The position numbers and the translations under genes are program-made. Under the pieces are notes generated by a model, which was given only the letters and a program-made list of their open reading frames with translations, did not search any database and was not told the origin of the DNA. From contig JAQGDQ010001219.1 in assembly GCA_030141605.1 (NCBI GenBank), positions 1 through 54,428 of the forward strand: DNA of 54,428 bases, given 5' to 3'. The DNA is from Tubiluchus corallicola. Lineage: Eukaryota > Animalia > Priapulida. Within the stretch, counting starts at the first letter, position 1. The number at the start of each line of letters is the position of its first letter. This document shows, piece by piece, positions 23,874 through 36,055 of the stretch.

Positions 23874-25591
23874 CATGATTTTAACTTTTATAATGTAAAA
23901 GTTTTAATAAAGTTGTGTAATTTTTAACTATAAATGTTTTTTATTGTCTGTAAAAAATACGGAATCATTTTAATCGAGCATAATATTTGAATTCAGAGAA
24001 AACAGTCGATCCGTGATCCATATATTGATCAAGAACTCTCAAAAGTGAGACTGGCAACAGCGCATTATTTCCGTTTTTCAAGTGAAGAAGTATTTCTATG
24101 TTTAAAAATGACTTTATTCCGAACAAAAGACGTCAGGCGTGAATATAAAACTGTTAGCGAAGTGAAAATGCCTATCACAAATTACCATCAACTGCTGTTA
24201 GTATTTTTATAAGAGTGCTGTACTCCTCAGCACAGGTAAAATAACCATTACAATAAAATCTGTTTATTTTATTAACATACTAACCATAAGTTTAGATATT
24301 TACAAAATTTTAGTCATAAACGTTAGAATTAGTCAGAATTAGTGCTGCATCAGAGAAAATTTGTAAAATAATCTAATGTAAATTTAGATCAGTTTGCAAA
24401 ATCCAAATTGAAATGCAAAAAAACTAGTTCTCATTGGCTGTTCACATTCAGTAAAGTGGACAGGTTTACAACTTTATACAACAGTTTTCTACAGGAATAG
24501 TTCTAAATGCAAAATGAGTCAGACAGCCTGAATGCACCATGACTATTTTGTGATGCCAGTGGTGCAGACCGCTAAGAGCTCATCTAATTAGGTAAATTAT
24601 TTAAGAAATTATTAAAAATCTAAATTCTGTTCTAGGCCAAGTTGTATGAGACCGACTCATTATTAGACTAACACAAAGACGCTCGTTATAAAAGCATAAA
24701 TAGTTAAAACTGAAAGTTATCTCACAAGATGGCGTCTTATTGTAGAAGGTATTATGATGTATCTGATGCTGATGTTTAGAGTTTACAAAACTTCTTCATA
24801 ATCACTGGGAACATGGAAAAGACGATCTAGAAGCACTGAAGGATGTAAATTCGAGGGTTTTGATCCCTCAGAGGTGAAGTGAAAAGTTATATATCTGGGT
24901 AGGCAAGAAAATCAAGAAAACCCAGAAATCAGAGAAAACAAATTGCATTCATGATCACTCTGTTTCTTATGTGAGGATCACAGATCATAAAATTGACAGA
25001 TGCAGGTGCATGTGGAATGGGGACTCAGGAAGAGCTGGGTCGGCCATTATTATGACCCTGAAATCACTCTGGGCTCTATTTGCTGCTTCAGAAAATTAGA
25101 AACGTCACATCACATCCAATGCAGCAAAGACGGGAAGCAAAACAATGCATTTTTTACTTCACTGTTGCAAAGCAAAGCCAACTTAACCGTTGGTATTATT
25201 CAGAATTAAAGCTACAAATGTACTTCTGGTTGTTGCTTATTCCTTTTCAAAATATTTTATTATTTCCGGTAAACATGAAACATCAATCTTTCGCTTTTGT
25301 TGGGTAGAGGGTCCCACTAACAATTTTCAAATTGGGCCCCGCACTTCCTAGCATCGGCCCTGTTTGAGTTCAATGATTTTGCAAACATTTACCTGGAATG
25401 TTATTGACCCAGTAACTATTCTTCATTAATCTGCACTTACTCGACCAGAAACCACTTAGAACGGCGTGTATGCCTAATGTTTAACATTAGAATAAGCACT
25501 ATAATTTTATAGTTGCCATACTGTAATGCTGTCGTACTGTAATTACGGTTACACGTGGTGCTTATGTAGTTGACCATTCTTTTAAATCGTA

Positions 25592-26737
25592 ATGTTGAGA
25601 TACATACAAATTGGTTTTATTGCATTAGCTGCTACATTTTCAATGATAGTTTTCAGTCTCCACAAGTTTACAGAAGTAGATTACACGACGTCATCTATGC
25701 ATGTGGCTCTGGCAGTTTGCGGTGGTGCAGAATCTACTTATGTGGATGATTTTACCGTATTAGTGAAATCAGTTTTTCTTGTGTCCACCGAAGTCATTCA
25801 TTACCATGTTATAGTCGACAGTGACGAAATGGAGCATAAACTAAAGGGCTTTCTAGACAAATTTAATGACACACAAGCGAGCAAAGTAAATTTGTACAGA
25901 CCTTGGTTTCCCCCTGGTGAAAATTATACTCATTGGCTTCAAAATGGCGATGGAAAAAAACCATGTGGATCTGCTTGGTTATTCCTTCCTCAGATCCTGC
26001 CAAAATATGTGAAAAGGATTGTTAGGTTTGACATGGACGTCATTGTGGTACGACCTCTAAAGGAATTGTGGCGCCATTTTGATCACATGACATCAAATCA
26101 GATGATGGGAATCGCATTTGACTTTTCTGGTGAACACACGCATCGCATTATGGAGCTTTTCCACAAACCACATGGGGTTTCTCAATTGACTGCTTCTAAT
26201 AACACTTTACTTAACCCTCTAAGTGGTGGAAGGAACAAAGGTCTTAATACTGGAGTTGCCCTAATCGACTTGGAAAAACTACGGCAAACTGACTGGATGA
26301 CAGATATTGTTGATATTTATCACTCGACTAGCAATTGTTCAACGGACAAATGGACGTTTCCTGCCTGCACGCCAGAGCAAAATGCATGTGACGTCTATTT
26401 TCACGAGAATCCATCGAGACTGTATTTCCTCCCATGCGAGTGGAACTTTTGGTGGGGTGTGGCAGTCTTTGGCGATTACTGTCAGTCAGCTCAACGGGAC
26501 GAAATCGGTATATTGCACGGTGCCGCGGGGAATTTCCACAATCGAGGAACCCGCGTGCGATGCCAATGGATATTTGAAGGTGTTTACAATTTATACAAAA
26601 GTCTAAAAGGTAATGAAACAATGGATTTCCTTGTGGGGAAACTAAGGAAATTTCGCGAAGAAAGTAAACAAAACGCAGAAAAAAGAGTGGATAGTGAAAA
26701 ATGCTTATCAATAGTAGACAAAATTATAACAGTTTAA
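25592..26737 (+). CDS. Glycosyltransferase family 8, glucoside/xyloside xylosyltransferase-like (GXYLT/XXYLT type), intronless, 381 aa
   Basis: N-terminal type II membrane anchor; MHVALAVCG, VLVKSV, FLPQILP, DxD motif FDMDV, GLNTGVALIDLEKLR, LYFLPCEWNF, GILHG. Uninterrupted from ATG to TAA. Confidence 0.88.
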   Translation: MLRYIQIGFIALAATFSMIVFSLHKFTEVDYTTSSMHVALAVCGGAESTYVDDFTVLVKSVFLVSTEVIHYHVIVDSDEMEHKLKGFLDKFNDTQASKVNLYRPWFPPGENYTHWLQNGDGKKPCGSAWLFLPQILPKYVKRIVRFDMDVIVVRPLKELWRHFDHMTSNQMMGIAFDFSGEHTHRIMELFHKPHGVSQLTASNNTLLNPLSGGRNKGLNTGVALIDLEKLRQTDWMTDIVDIYHSTSNCSTDKWTFPACTPEQNACDVYFHENPSRLYFLPCEWNFWWGVAVFGDYCQSAQRDEIGILHGAAGNFHNRGTRVRCQWIFEGVYNLYKSLKGNETMDFLVGKLRKFREESKQNAEKRVDSEKCLSIVDKIITV

Positions 26738-26911
26738 CAATTTATTGTTTATAAGCACTCATTACAATAAGAAACTAATTATCAATAATGCTGCATAAGA
26801 TGATGAACGACACAACTAAATTGTAACAAATTCGCCTAAAACCTAAAAAGTTCACTACAAATTATTTTCAAAATCACAAAATCTCACTCGTAAAAAGTAT
26901 TAATCTCCAAA

Positions 26912-27155
26912 AAACGACATTATTCATAATATACAGTGACAGTCATGGTCCTGATATCACGCTGGGCTCTATCCTAGGCCATTTCTTTTTCTTGTCTATA
27001 TAAACGACATTATTCATAATATACAATGACAGTCATGGTCCTGATATCAGTCTGGGCTCTATCCTAGGCCCTTTCTTTTCTTTGTCTATATAAACGACAT
27101 TATTCATAATATACAGTGACCGCCATGGTCCTGATATCACTCTGGGCTCTATCCT
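26912..27155 (+). repeat. ~90-bp minisatellite, ~2.7 copies
   Basis: Resumes mid-unit (aaacgacattattc) after the GT8 segment. Confidence 0.93.
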
Positions 27156-27208
27156 TCCTATTGATGACAAAATTTTGTGAAAAAACGGAGACGTTTTCTG
27201 CATTTCAG

Positions 27209-27407
27209 CACAACCATTTTCCCGGATCAGGAAAAGAAACTTGCCAGAAGGACGGTTTCTGGAGAAACATCAAATTTCTTAGAGCCAAATACGGAACAGA
27301 AGATTTTAGCTTCGTACCTCTTACGTTTATCTTACCAGCCCAGAAGGGTGGCGTTCAAAAGATATTTGGAAGAGAATCCCAAAGAAAGACAATGGATTTA
27401 TAAACCG
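27209..27407 (+). pseudogene. TTLL4/5-type exon fragment, third copy
   Basis: Same 199-nt exon, same splice flanks and same frameshift as 18503-18701. Confidence 0.85.
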
Positions 27408-28213
27408 GTATTTACAACACTTACAATCTTAATATTTCTAAATAACTATCAATTTGAAATTCATAGAAACAATAGTGCTCTCATTCACTTAATGTAAAAA
27501 TGTTGAAAAATTTCGTTCTGTTGTGCAAATAAACTGTAACAGGACAGACAAGCTGATAAATATGTGAAATGGACCTCTTCCCAATAACATCCTTGGCTTA
27601 AACGAGAACTGGACCCTATCTTAAGCCATGGCACAAAACTATCTAATCTTCAAATTATTAAAAGGGAACATACTGTTCCTTCAAGAATGAATTATGTGCA
27701 AGAATTATTACACCAGAAACGTAATTTCATATTCACGTAAATTACTTCTAACCTTCTGCATGCATTTTGATAATTCGTTAGTGAGGTGGGCAAGAGCGTC
27801 TCCATCTCGACTAGTGCCTCCAACTCTAAATATGGTTCAATTGTGATGTGGCACACACGTTCGAGAGCTCGTGTGTGAGCATAGCGGTAGATTTAAAATT
27901 TGAATTCTAAACTTAAACAAAATTTGTGTCTTATTGTATATCACGAAAAATGTTGTACAGTTACTGTAGCATTGTGAAATTTTATTTCTGCTTTCGCAAG
28001 CACATGCAACACGCTCATGGAATGCTTGTGCTGTTGAAAAATATGTTCAGTTGTGATGTCATCACTACTTGGGCTCGATTAATCCCAAAATTTTTAACCT
28101 TATGAACAGCCAATGATGTTTTAGCTCTTGTGTTAATGGAAATGTGTTAGACGTTTTTTAATTGTCAAATACAGATATACAAATAACTGGAACTGTACCA
28201 GTTTGTAAATTTA

Positions 28214-28252
28214 CCAGTGATGATGACTGCAGCAGCCTGTCGAAACGTTTGG
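28214..28252 (+). ncRNA. Degenerate hammerhead motif (core C3 changed to G, stem II mismatch)
   Basis: CCA gTGATGA T GACtG cagcagc CTGTC GAAAC GTT TGG. Confidence 0.6.
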
Positions 28253-29902
28253 CATGATTTTAACTTTATAATGTAAAAGTTTTAATAAAGTTGCGTAACT
28301 TTTAACTATAAATGTTTTTAATTGTCTGTAATAAAAATACAGAATCATTTTAATCGAGCATAAGATCTGAAATCAGAAAAAAATCCGATTCGTGATCCAT
28401 ATATCGATCAAGAGCTTTTAAAAGTGAGACTGGCAACAGTGCATTATTTCCGTTTTTCAAATGAAGAAGAAGTATTTCTACTTTTAAAAATGACTTGAAA
28501 ATTTCTGATGTTAGCATTTTTACAAGAGTGCTATACTCCTCAGAACAGGAAAATAACCACTACAATCAAATCTCTGTTTATTTTACTAATATAGTAACCA
28601 TAAGCTTTAAACATTTACAAAATTTTATTCATAAACTGTCATTATTGTCTTATTAGATGTCTCATTGAGAGAGTGGCTAACCTCGATAACTTATAGTTCT
28701 TTCACCACCCTTTATCCACTAATCAATAATCACTTTTGCACTTTGTAATATTATTGTATGTTGTACAGGTTTATAAATCTCTTAGTTGTGTATTTTGCCA
28801 TTTCAAAAATGGTGATAAACTAATAAACTTATTTACTTGCTTACTTAAACATCATCACACTGCCCACTGGGCAACCCCTATAAGCTGCAGCTTCCCTGGT
28901 TTCCCTAAAGCATACATAATCTAATGTTGTTGTTTATGTTAACAAATTGACAAGCGGACACATTTCTACAATTTACCGTCTGTTAAACTGCACGTGGGGT
29001 ACATTTTGCTGAGTCCAGCATTAAGTAATGTAAAATTACTATTACTTAATCTATGTAAAATATTGCATAGAGGGTGCCCAAAAAGAATCTTTTCGTATCA
29101 TATTAGAATTTCTATTGCAATGGGAAGAGATACAAGAACCACAAGAACAAATAGAAATAAATGTTCAATATAAACAACTTAAACAAACATTGACTAAGAG
29201 AATAGGTAATTTTATAACAAATTCTATTGCAAGATTGGTGACCCGGGAAACACATGCAGTTCAAGCTTTAGGCTTAGAAATAGGTTTTTCACATTTAGAT
29301 ATTGCTGGTTGTGAGTGGGGAAATTGTGTTTTTTAAGTATTTATTTTTGGTGAGTATGCTTGTATGAATGTTTGAGTTGGTGTGTGCGCGTGCGTGCGTG
29401 TGTGTGTTTGTTTGTGTGTATGTTATGATTATTTGTGTTTTGTGGTTCACTAATTTGTTGTTTATAGGTTGTATGTAAGTGTGAGTGCTAGTGATATATT
29501 TAGCAGCTTTTATATAAAAATTTGCTGAGTTGTTTAGTATTGTAGTGTGTGCTTGTGTTAGTGAGATTGTTTGTATCATAGGGTTTGTATGGGTGATTGG
29601 ACTTGAGGCTGCTACAAAGCTTTAACTTAATAGTGTTAATAAGTTGGGAATAAGCTGTTGTGGTTGTTGGTGGGTAACAGTTGTTTTGGTGGTCCCTGCT
29701 CTAGTGAGTTCCTGTTGTGGCCAAGTTTTTTATGCGCCATTGCATATTCTTGTAGTTAAAAGGTACTACATCGAACAAATTATATATGTTAAAAGACATA
29801 CATGAATGGCAAGGAAAAGTTGCACGCTTTGCAAAAGTGCAAAAAATCCAGTAAATAAAAATCAGCTACACGTGTGAAAGGTGCTTCAAAAAACATAGGC
29901 AA

Positions 29903-30502
29903 ATGACGAATATGGGGAATAATGGACACGAGGCGGCAGAAATTGTGTTTCCCGACTTCGTACTTGTTGGTGATCCAGATGCCAAACGATATAAACAAAT
30001 GCTAATTGCCTTGCAAATAAAAACCAAAAATGACGAAAAAGAGAGTAAAAAGACAATTCAATGCTTGGAATCAAAACTAGCTGCCAGCTTCAAAGAGCAG
30101 TCAACTCTCACCGTAAAGTTTCATAAATTATCAGCGGAACTCTCTGAACTACAAAAAAGAAAACAAAATGTAAGCAACCAAACAAGTGATAGTTCCTCCA
30201 AAGTTCACAGTCACACAGATGAAGCAAGTCAAACTTTGTTTGGAAATGGAGACACCTCCTCATCGAAACACGGGAATAACGACCTTCCATCGCAGGGCGA
30301 AACCTTGCAGGAAAAGGAAACTTGCAATGCCACAATAACTGTGAATCAAAGAAGGAAGAATCATAAGACCATACATGCAACCAATCAAACGCTAGTCCTG
30401 GGAGACTCAAGGACCGCATACTTAAATCCAAAAGACATCGGGCAAAACGTCCAGCTGATGACGGGGAATTGGGCGCCACCCTCATTGGAGGAGAGATTTT
30501 GA
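29903..30502 (+). pseudogene. Non-LTR retrotransposon ORF1-like fragment (coiled coil plus start of SGNH/GDSL esterase)
   Basis: Heptad-rich N-terminal half, low-complexity linker, then TLVLGDSRTAYL (block I of the SGNH esterases found in CR1/L2-type ORF1 proteins); ends ~30 aa later. Confidence 0.5.
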
Positions 30503-31654
30503 GGTGGGGTTGGGGTCTTTCTCATTTACATGAAAATTAAAACTTTCTCCCCATTCGTTCGTATAGAAAACTAAAATTTTACCGCAATTGTAATCAGCCG
30601 CCTTTCCCGGTAAAAAAATCTTCACGAATTTTTTCCTATAAAAAGGCTGCATACTGATAATGCAATCGCTTACATGGTTACTTTGGAACGAGATACTTCT
30701 GAAAAGGGAGAATGAAATGTTTACATTTCTGTAAAGCGTTTGAAGCAGAATATTCATGATGTTTTAAATAGTATGTAAAAGTATGTGGTGCATGGAACAC
30801 GAATGGTTATTTTCTGCACATAAGAAAAGCAAAAAAAAACATTGTAACCACTGAGTCTTAAAGAAAATGTGGTGGCTTTGCTGATCAGTTACATGGGCTA
30901 TGACACTTACACTGAACATTTACTCGTTTTACTCTACAATTTGCCAAAGATTGAAAACTATCTGAAAAGCAACGTGAAAAGTTTAGCCAGTCAAATCTCT
31001 TTTGAAGAAATTGCAGTGTCACTGGATAAGAGTGAGCTTATGTATAACATTACGGTGGCTTCAATAGTAAAAGCATACATTCTAACACATTTGTTACATG
31101 CCACTTCTGATATCAGCATTACTATTTCCTCTTTCCAATCTGGCCTTCCCTGTTGGAGTCACTTGTCATGTTACGATCTTAAGCTGATGAGCCTACCTCT
31201 GTAAAACTGTTTTAAAAAAGAGATTACTTTTACTAAACCATCGCAGATGATGTGACTTTGAATAAATGTAAAAAGTTTTAAACAAAAAGAAACACACACG
31301 TATATGGTCGTTAGCATTGCTTATATTTTTTATATTCGTATCAGTTTTTGCCAATTGCTCAGTGCAGCATGAAAATTGTTTAAAAATATAGGAGAATTTA
31401 AAACATTGATGAAGCTTTGTATGGTGAAAATATGTTGTAGTTATCAAAACACTTTCTCATTGCTAATAAGATCTTTCAGATCAATGAGTAGTAATATTTA
31501 CAGTCAGCTAACTATTGGCTATTCTGCAAATGTTTCTTTTTGCATTTTTGTTCAAATTGATTTTTTTTTAAATATTGATTTACAGAAGTAGGCAAACTTG
31601 AAAAGCCAAGGCTCTTTGGTCTCCCTTAAGCCATTCATCATATAGTAAGTCTGT

Positions 31655-32248
31655 GTGTTCCACAGATTCTTGCTACATTTGGCAGCATCTATCTAGAATT
31701 TAAAGGACTTCATGTGAGCAGACATCTTAAATGATGTGTAAGACGATGCAATTAAAGTTTTGATTTAGAGCTGCATCAGAGAAAATTTGTAAAAATAATC
31801 TAATGTAAATTTAGATCAGTTTGCAAAATCCAAATTGAAATGCAAAAAAACTAGTTCTCATTGGCTGTTCACATTCAGTAAAGTGGACAGGTTTACAACT
31901 TTATACAACAGTTTTCTACAGGAATAGTTCTAAATGCAAAATGAGTCACACAGCCTGAATGCACCATGACTATTTTGTGATGCCAGTGGTGCAGACCGCT
32001 AAGAGCTCATCTAATTAGGTAAATTATTTAAGAAATTATTAAAAATCTGAATTCTGTTCTAGGCCAAGTTGTATGAGACCGACTCATTATTAGACTGACA
32101 CAAAGACGGTCATTACAAAAGCACAAATAGTTAAAACTGAAAGTTATCTCACAAGATGGCGTCTTATTGTAGAAGGTATAATGATGTATCTGATGCTGAT
32201 GCTTAGAGTTTACAAAACTTCTTCATAATCACTGGGAACATGGAAAAT
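31655..32248 (+). repeat. Additional copy of the array backbone module
   Basis: 31770-32248 matches 24343-24819; 31655-31770 matches 14070-14160 in reverse complement. Confidence 0.9.
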
Positions 32249-33799
32249 ACCATGGGGCAAATACCTGAGTTCCACAAACCGGTTTGACTAAATATCTGTC
32301 CCAGCTCTAACGTACATGTTGTTGAGGAAAGCTTTTTAGTAACAGAATACACATATATGAGACAAGAGTCCATATAAAAATATATTTTGTAAAATAAAAA
32401 TGCTGTAGACATTCCACATCAAGTAGCCAACTCAGATTTGCTTTAAAAAATGAAAAAACAAAAAGTTGAACCTACAGTGAAAATTTGACTCTCTTCAGTA
32501 AGTCATAAGTCACATATTTCACATAATGCAGTTACAATAATTTTATGTAGAAAATATAATGAAAGGGCTGACAATAAAATGAATAACAATTATTTTCACT
32601 GTTTCTGTACAAGACTATGTTTGCCTGTGTTTGCCTCACATAAATATAAATGTGTTGTGGGTAATAAAAAAACAGGGCTTGTTAAATTGTCCCACCACGT
32701 GAAAGTAAAAAAAGTAATAAAAATAAAAATAAATGGTCTAGTGTAAGCCGTTTTTGTCATTGATTTTTTATGTATTGTTGACCATTATGTATTTTATAAT
32801 GCTGGTGCTGGTGCTGATTTACAAACGTAGCAACTAAGTTTAATTGTTGCTTGATTAACATGCCTACAATATAATCAGTTAGTTTTGCTTTTGTGCATCT
32901 GAAAATCTGTAAACTGTAATCTGTGAAGAGAAACTTGAGTTTTCCATAGAATGCATCTAAAAGTGAAACAAGACAGAAGCACGCTGAACTTACAAAATCA
33001 AACTCAGCCTGCAGTTACTACCCACAATGCAATTTTAGCTCTCTATCTACAACATTTAGTTTTAAGACGGAAGCTCAAACACACTAAAAACATAAATTTG
33101 GCACTCGTGAGTAAAAATAAATGGTGTACACCTTATTTGGAAAAAATAATAACTTAAGAACTAGATGGAGCTGGGCTCTAAAACTTTGCATCTGAAGTGC
33201 TGACGTATTTCTGAGAATTTTTCCAAGCAAATCTGAGATGGTCACTCTGAAAGTTTCTAAGAATCTAGGCTGATGTGACATGGAGTTCCCCTGTATTATG
33301 AACTGAAAGAGCGCGGATTGCAACATTCATACAAGGTATTTATATTATAGCTGATCTTACCGTATTCAGGAAGTCACTTATTATCGTTCTGGTCTGTCAT
33401 GAATGGTTTTGTATTTGGAAAGTACTTCCACACTTGGCTGCTGCACGGTATTTGATGTTGAATAATCTTCTAACGTAACTCATTCACTTCGGAAAGGAAA
33501 TTACTACAACTTGTTGTGAATTCGCCATACATCTATAATTAAAACAAAATTAGGCAAGACAAAAACACCTATGCTCATAATCCACACTTATCAAAGTTTT
33601 GCAAACCCGGCAGGAATTGCAAACAGGCAAAGAATGTGGAAAATAATGACGAAGGAATAACCTCGCGAGATCTTGAAAAAAAAGTCTCGTGGTCTTACAG
33701 CACGTGATTAATAGAAGACATGATGATTTTTCATATACTACCCATTTTCAAGAACAGTAAAATGCATGCATATTAACACCAAGAGTTTCTGATAATTAA

Positions 33800-34160
33800 G
33801 TAATTGATTAAAACTTTTGATGACATCACAACCGAACATAATTCTCAACAGCAAAAATATTCCACGAGCTGGCGAACGTGTGCGGTTCGTCATAAATTAA
33901 CATATCTGAACTAAGAGATACAGCAACTGTTTTCATGAAAAAAAATTCGAAAAGCAAGCGATAATTCAGCTCTAACTAGCAAACGGCAAAGTGAATGTAA
34001 CAGTGAAGAACTAGTGGTGCGAACGTGAAACTATGTTTGTTTGGTAATAATTCTTTCACACAAGATATTTTGTTAAAAAATAGTATGTTTCCTTTCAATA
34101 TTTTTAGAATAGGTTGTTTTAACCTATAGTTTAAGATTGGGTCCGACATTGCTTTAAACA
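33800..34160 (-). repeat. Highly diverged copy of the 1-500 / 18900-19400 repeat family
   Basis: Reverse complement ggacccaatcttaaactatagg...attgaaaggaaacatact resembles 18906-18970. Confidence 0.5.
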
Positions 34161-36055
34161 AGTACGACCATATAAGTATAATTAAAATCACCAAAAGATT
34201 GTAGAACAATCAGACACTGGATAATAAACTAGCACTTACACAAGCAAACTACAGGAAAAGATTAAAATGTATAATCCATGATAAATTCAGTAAACACCGC
34301 AAACGACACGATTTCAACAAACAATTTAATATGGACTTCATTAAATTTTTTTAGTTATTCACATATCCAGAATCTCTATTTGTTTGCTTGCATAGCAAAA
34401 TCGTCTATAAGTTGGCAGTTAAGCTTTTGCAGGAGGATCATTTTGATGCCAAGTTCATCTCTCTATGTTATTTCTAATCTGAGATAATCCATGTTGAAGT
34501 TGAGCTGCAGGCTGCACACTGAAAAACATAATCTTGAGAAAATCACTGTTAAAGTCAGCCATTGTTTTTTGTCGCGTCTCTACAAAACACTTAGCAACTA
34601 GAAGGTTGCTACGGACCTAGCAAAAGAACACGTTGAAGCTAGGTTTAAACCTGTAGATGGCTCTTAAAAACAAATGTCTGGACTTGGCAAATGCAGAAAC
34701 TGCAAGCATTTTGACTGCTTCTACAAGCTACAATCGGAGTTTGAAAACTATTAGTTTTCACGTGGGTAAGGAGTTATTTTTAATATTTTAATTTTTAACA
34801 TGCACTATGTCAAGTTTTTGTTTACATACTTTCTTAGATACTTCCTACAGGTATTTACATGAGGCAATTAATTTGCTACTTGGAAATGTGTTTCAAACAT
34901 CAATGAATCAGTGCAGTTCTACTCAGGAATGAATGTACAAAAATTCTCCAAATCTCCCCAAATTTCACTTTTCAAAAGCATTTGAGGGACCCCGTCTGCA
35001 AATTTTAAAATATCATCGTTAAATTATTACAGAAACCCTTAAAAACTGATTCCTGATTTTGAAATGGTTCAGTCAGCTGATTTGTGTATATGTACATTAT
35101 ATACAATTACAGTAAAGCACAGGACATACTTAACTTGTAAATCATTGTGGCTGGATCGGCACCTAACTCGTTATGAAGGATATGTCCTCAAAGAGAGAAA
35201 TCACATGCACATGTAAGTTAAAGTCAGATGTGTAAATCCTCCCTCAAAAATAGAATTAGACTGAAGTTAATATAGGCAAATGCTTGGAATGCTCAGTTGG
35301 TCACCCATCTATTTACTAACTACGAACGACGCTGTATAACTTTGGTAGTTAAGCACACACCGTCACCACAAAGCTATTTATTTAGCCTCCTGTAAGTGTA
35401 AGTGGGTCAGTCTCTTACATGAGCGAGACTTATTTCATAATAGATGAATTGTTCTTTGCACAAATATCAATTGAAAATTTTAGATTTGGAACAAATTTGG
35501 AAGAAGCTTAAAATTTCAGGTGCTTACAGGCGTTGCGAATCAAATTCAAAATTTCAATTCTAAAAAAACAAACAATCCCTGTGTTTTTGTTCCTAGTTTA
35601 ATTTGGCATGTTGGCATATTCTGTTTTCTATTTATAGCTTATTTATAACTTATAACATACCAATTTGTCCAGGTAATCCAAAGTTGATTACAGGTGCAAC
35701 ATTTGAGAAAAGACTAGGTGTTAGTGCTGGGATAACTCGAGGACATTCTTGTAAATGTGAATTATTCCATAGTGAAGCTTCTACATTTGTCTTAATTACA
35801 ATAGACGCCTCTGAAACATATAAATAATATGTCTATAAAAATATGTCAGTTTTCAAATCAATCAGGCACTCACCGAATGACTGACTTACCAGACTAATTA
35901 ATATATTAATCGACTGACTGACTCACTGTGAGACCAACTCAAGAGTCACTGAAAGACGATGTTGACAATCATGATAAGATATGTACAAATTAAAAAAAAG
36001 TTTCGTAACAAAGTTGATTGGGAGAGTAAAAATCTAATGGAATAAATAGTGGACT

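Larger units (their letters stand above)
17171..28635 (+). mobile_element. Tandem array of hammerhead-delimited composite units carrying host-like gene cargo (Penelope-derived, non-autonomous; right arm)
   Basis: Backbone repeated: 19572-20920 ~ 23694-25040; partial copies at 17171-17790 and 28201-28635. TTLL/GIY block 18450-19490 ~ 27156-28194. Hammerheads at 19714, 23835 and 28214. No RT is encoded in the array. Confidence 0.7.

Noticed and set aside
26307-26711. Overlapping and antisense ORFs inside the GT8 gene (and similar ones inside the gag/pol ORFs)
   Set aside because: Shadow frames of real coding sequence with no motifs.
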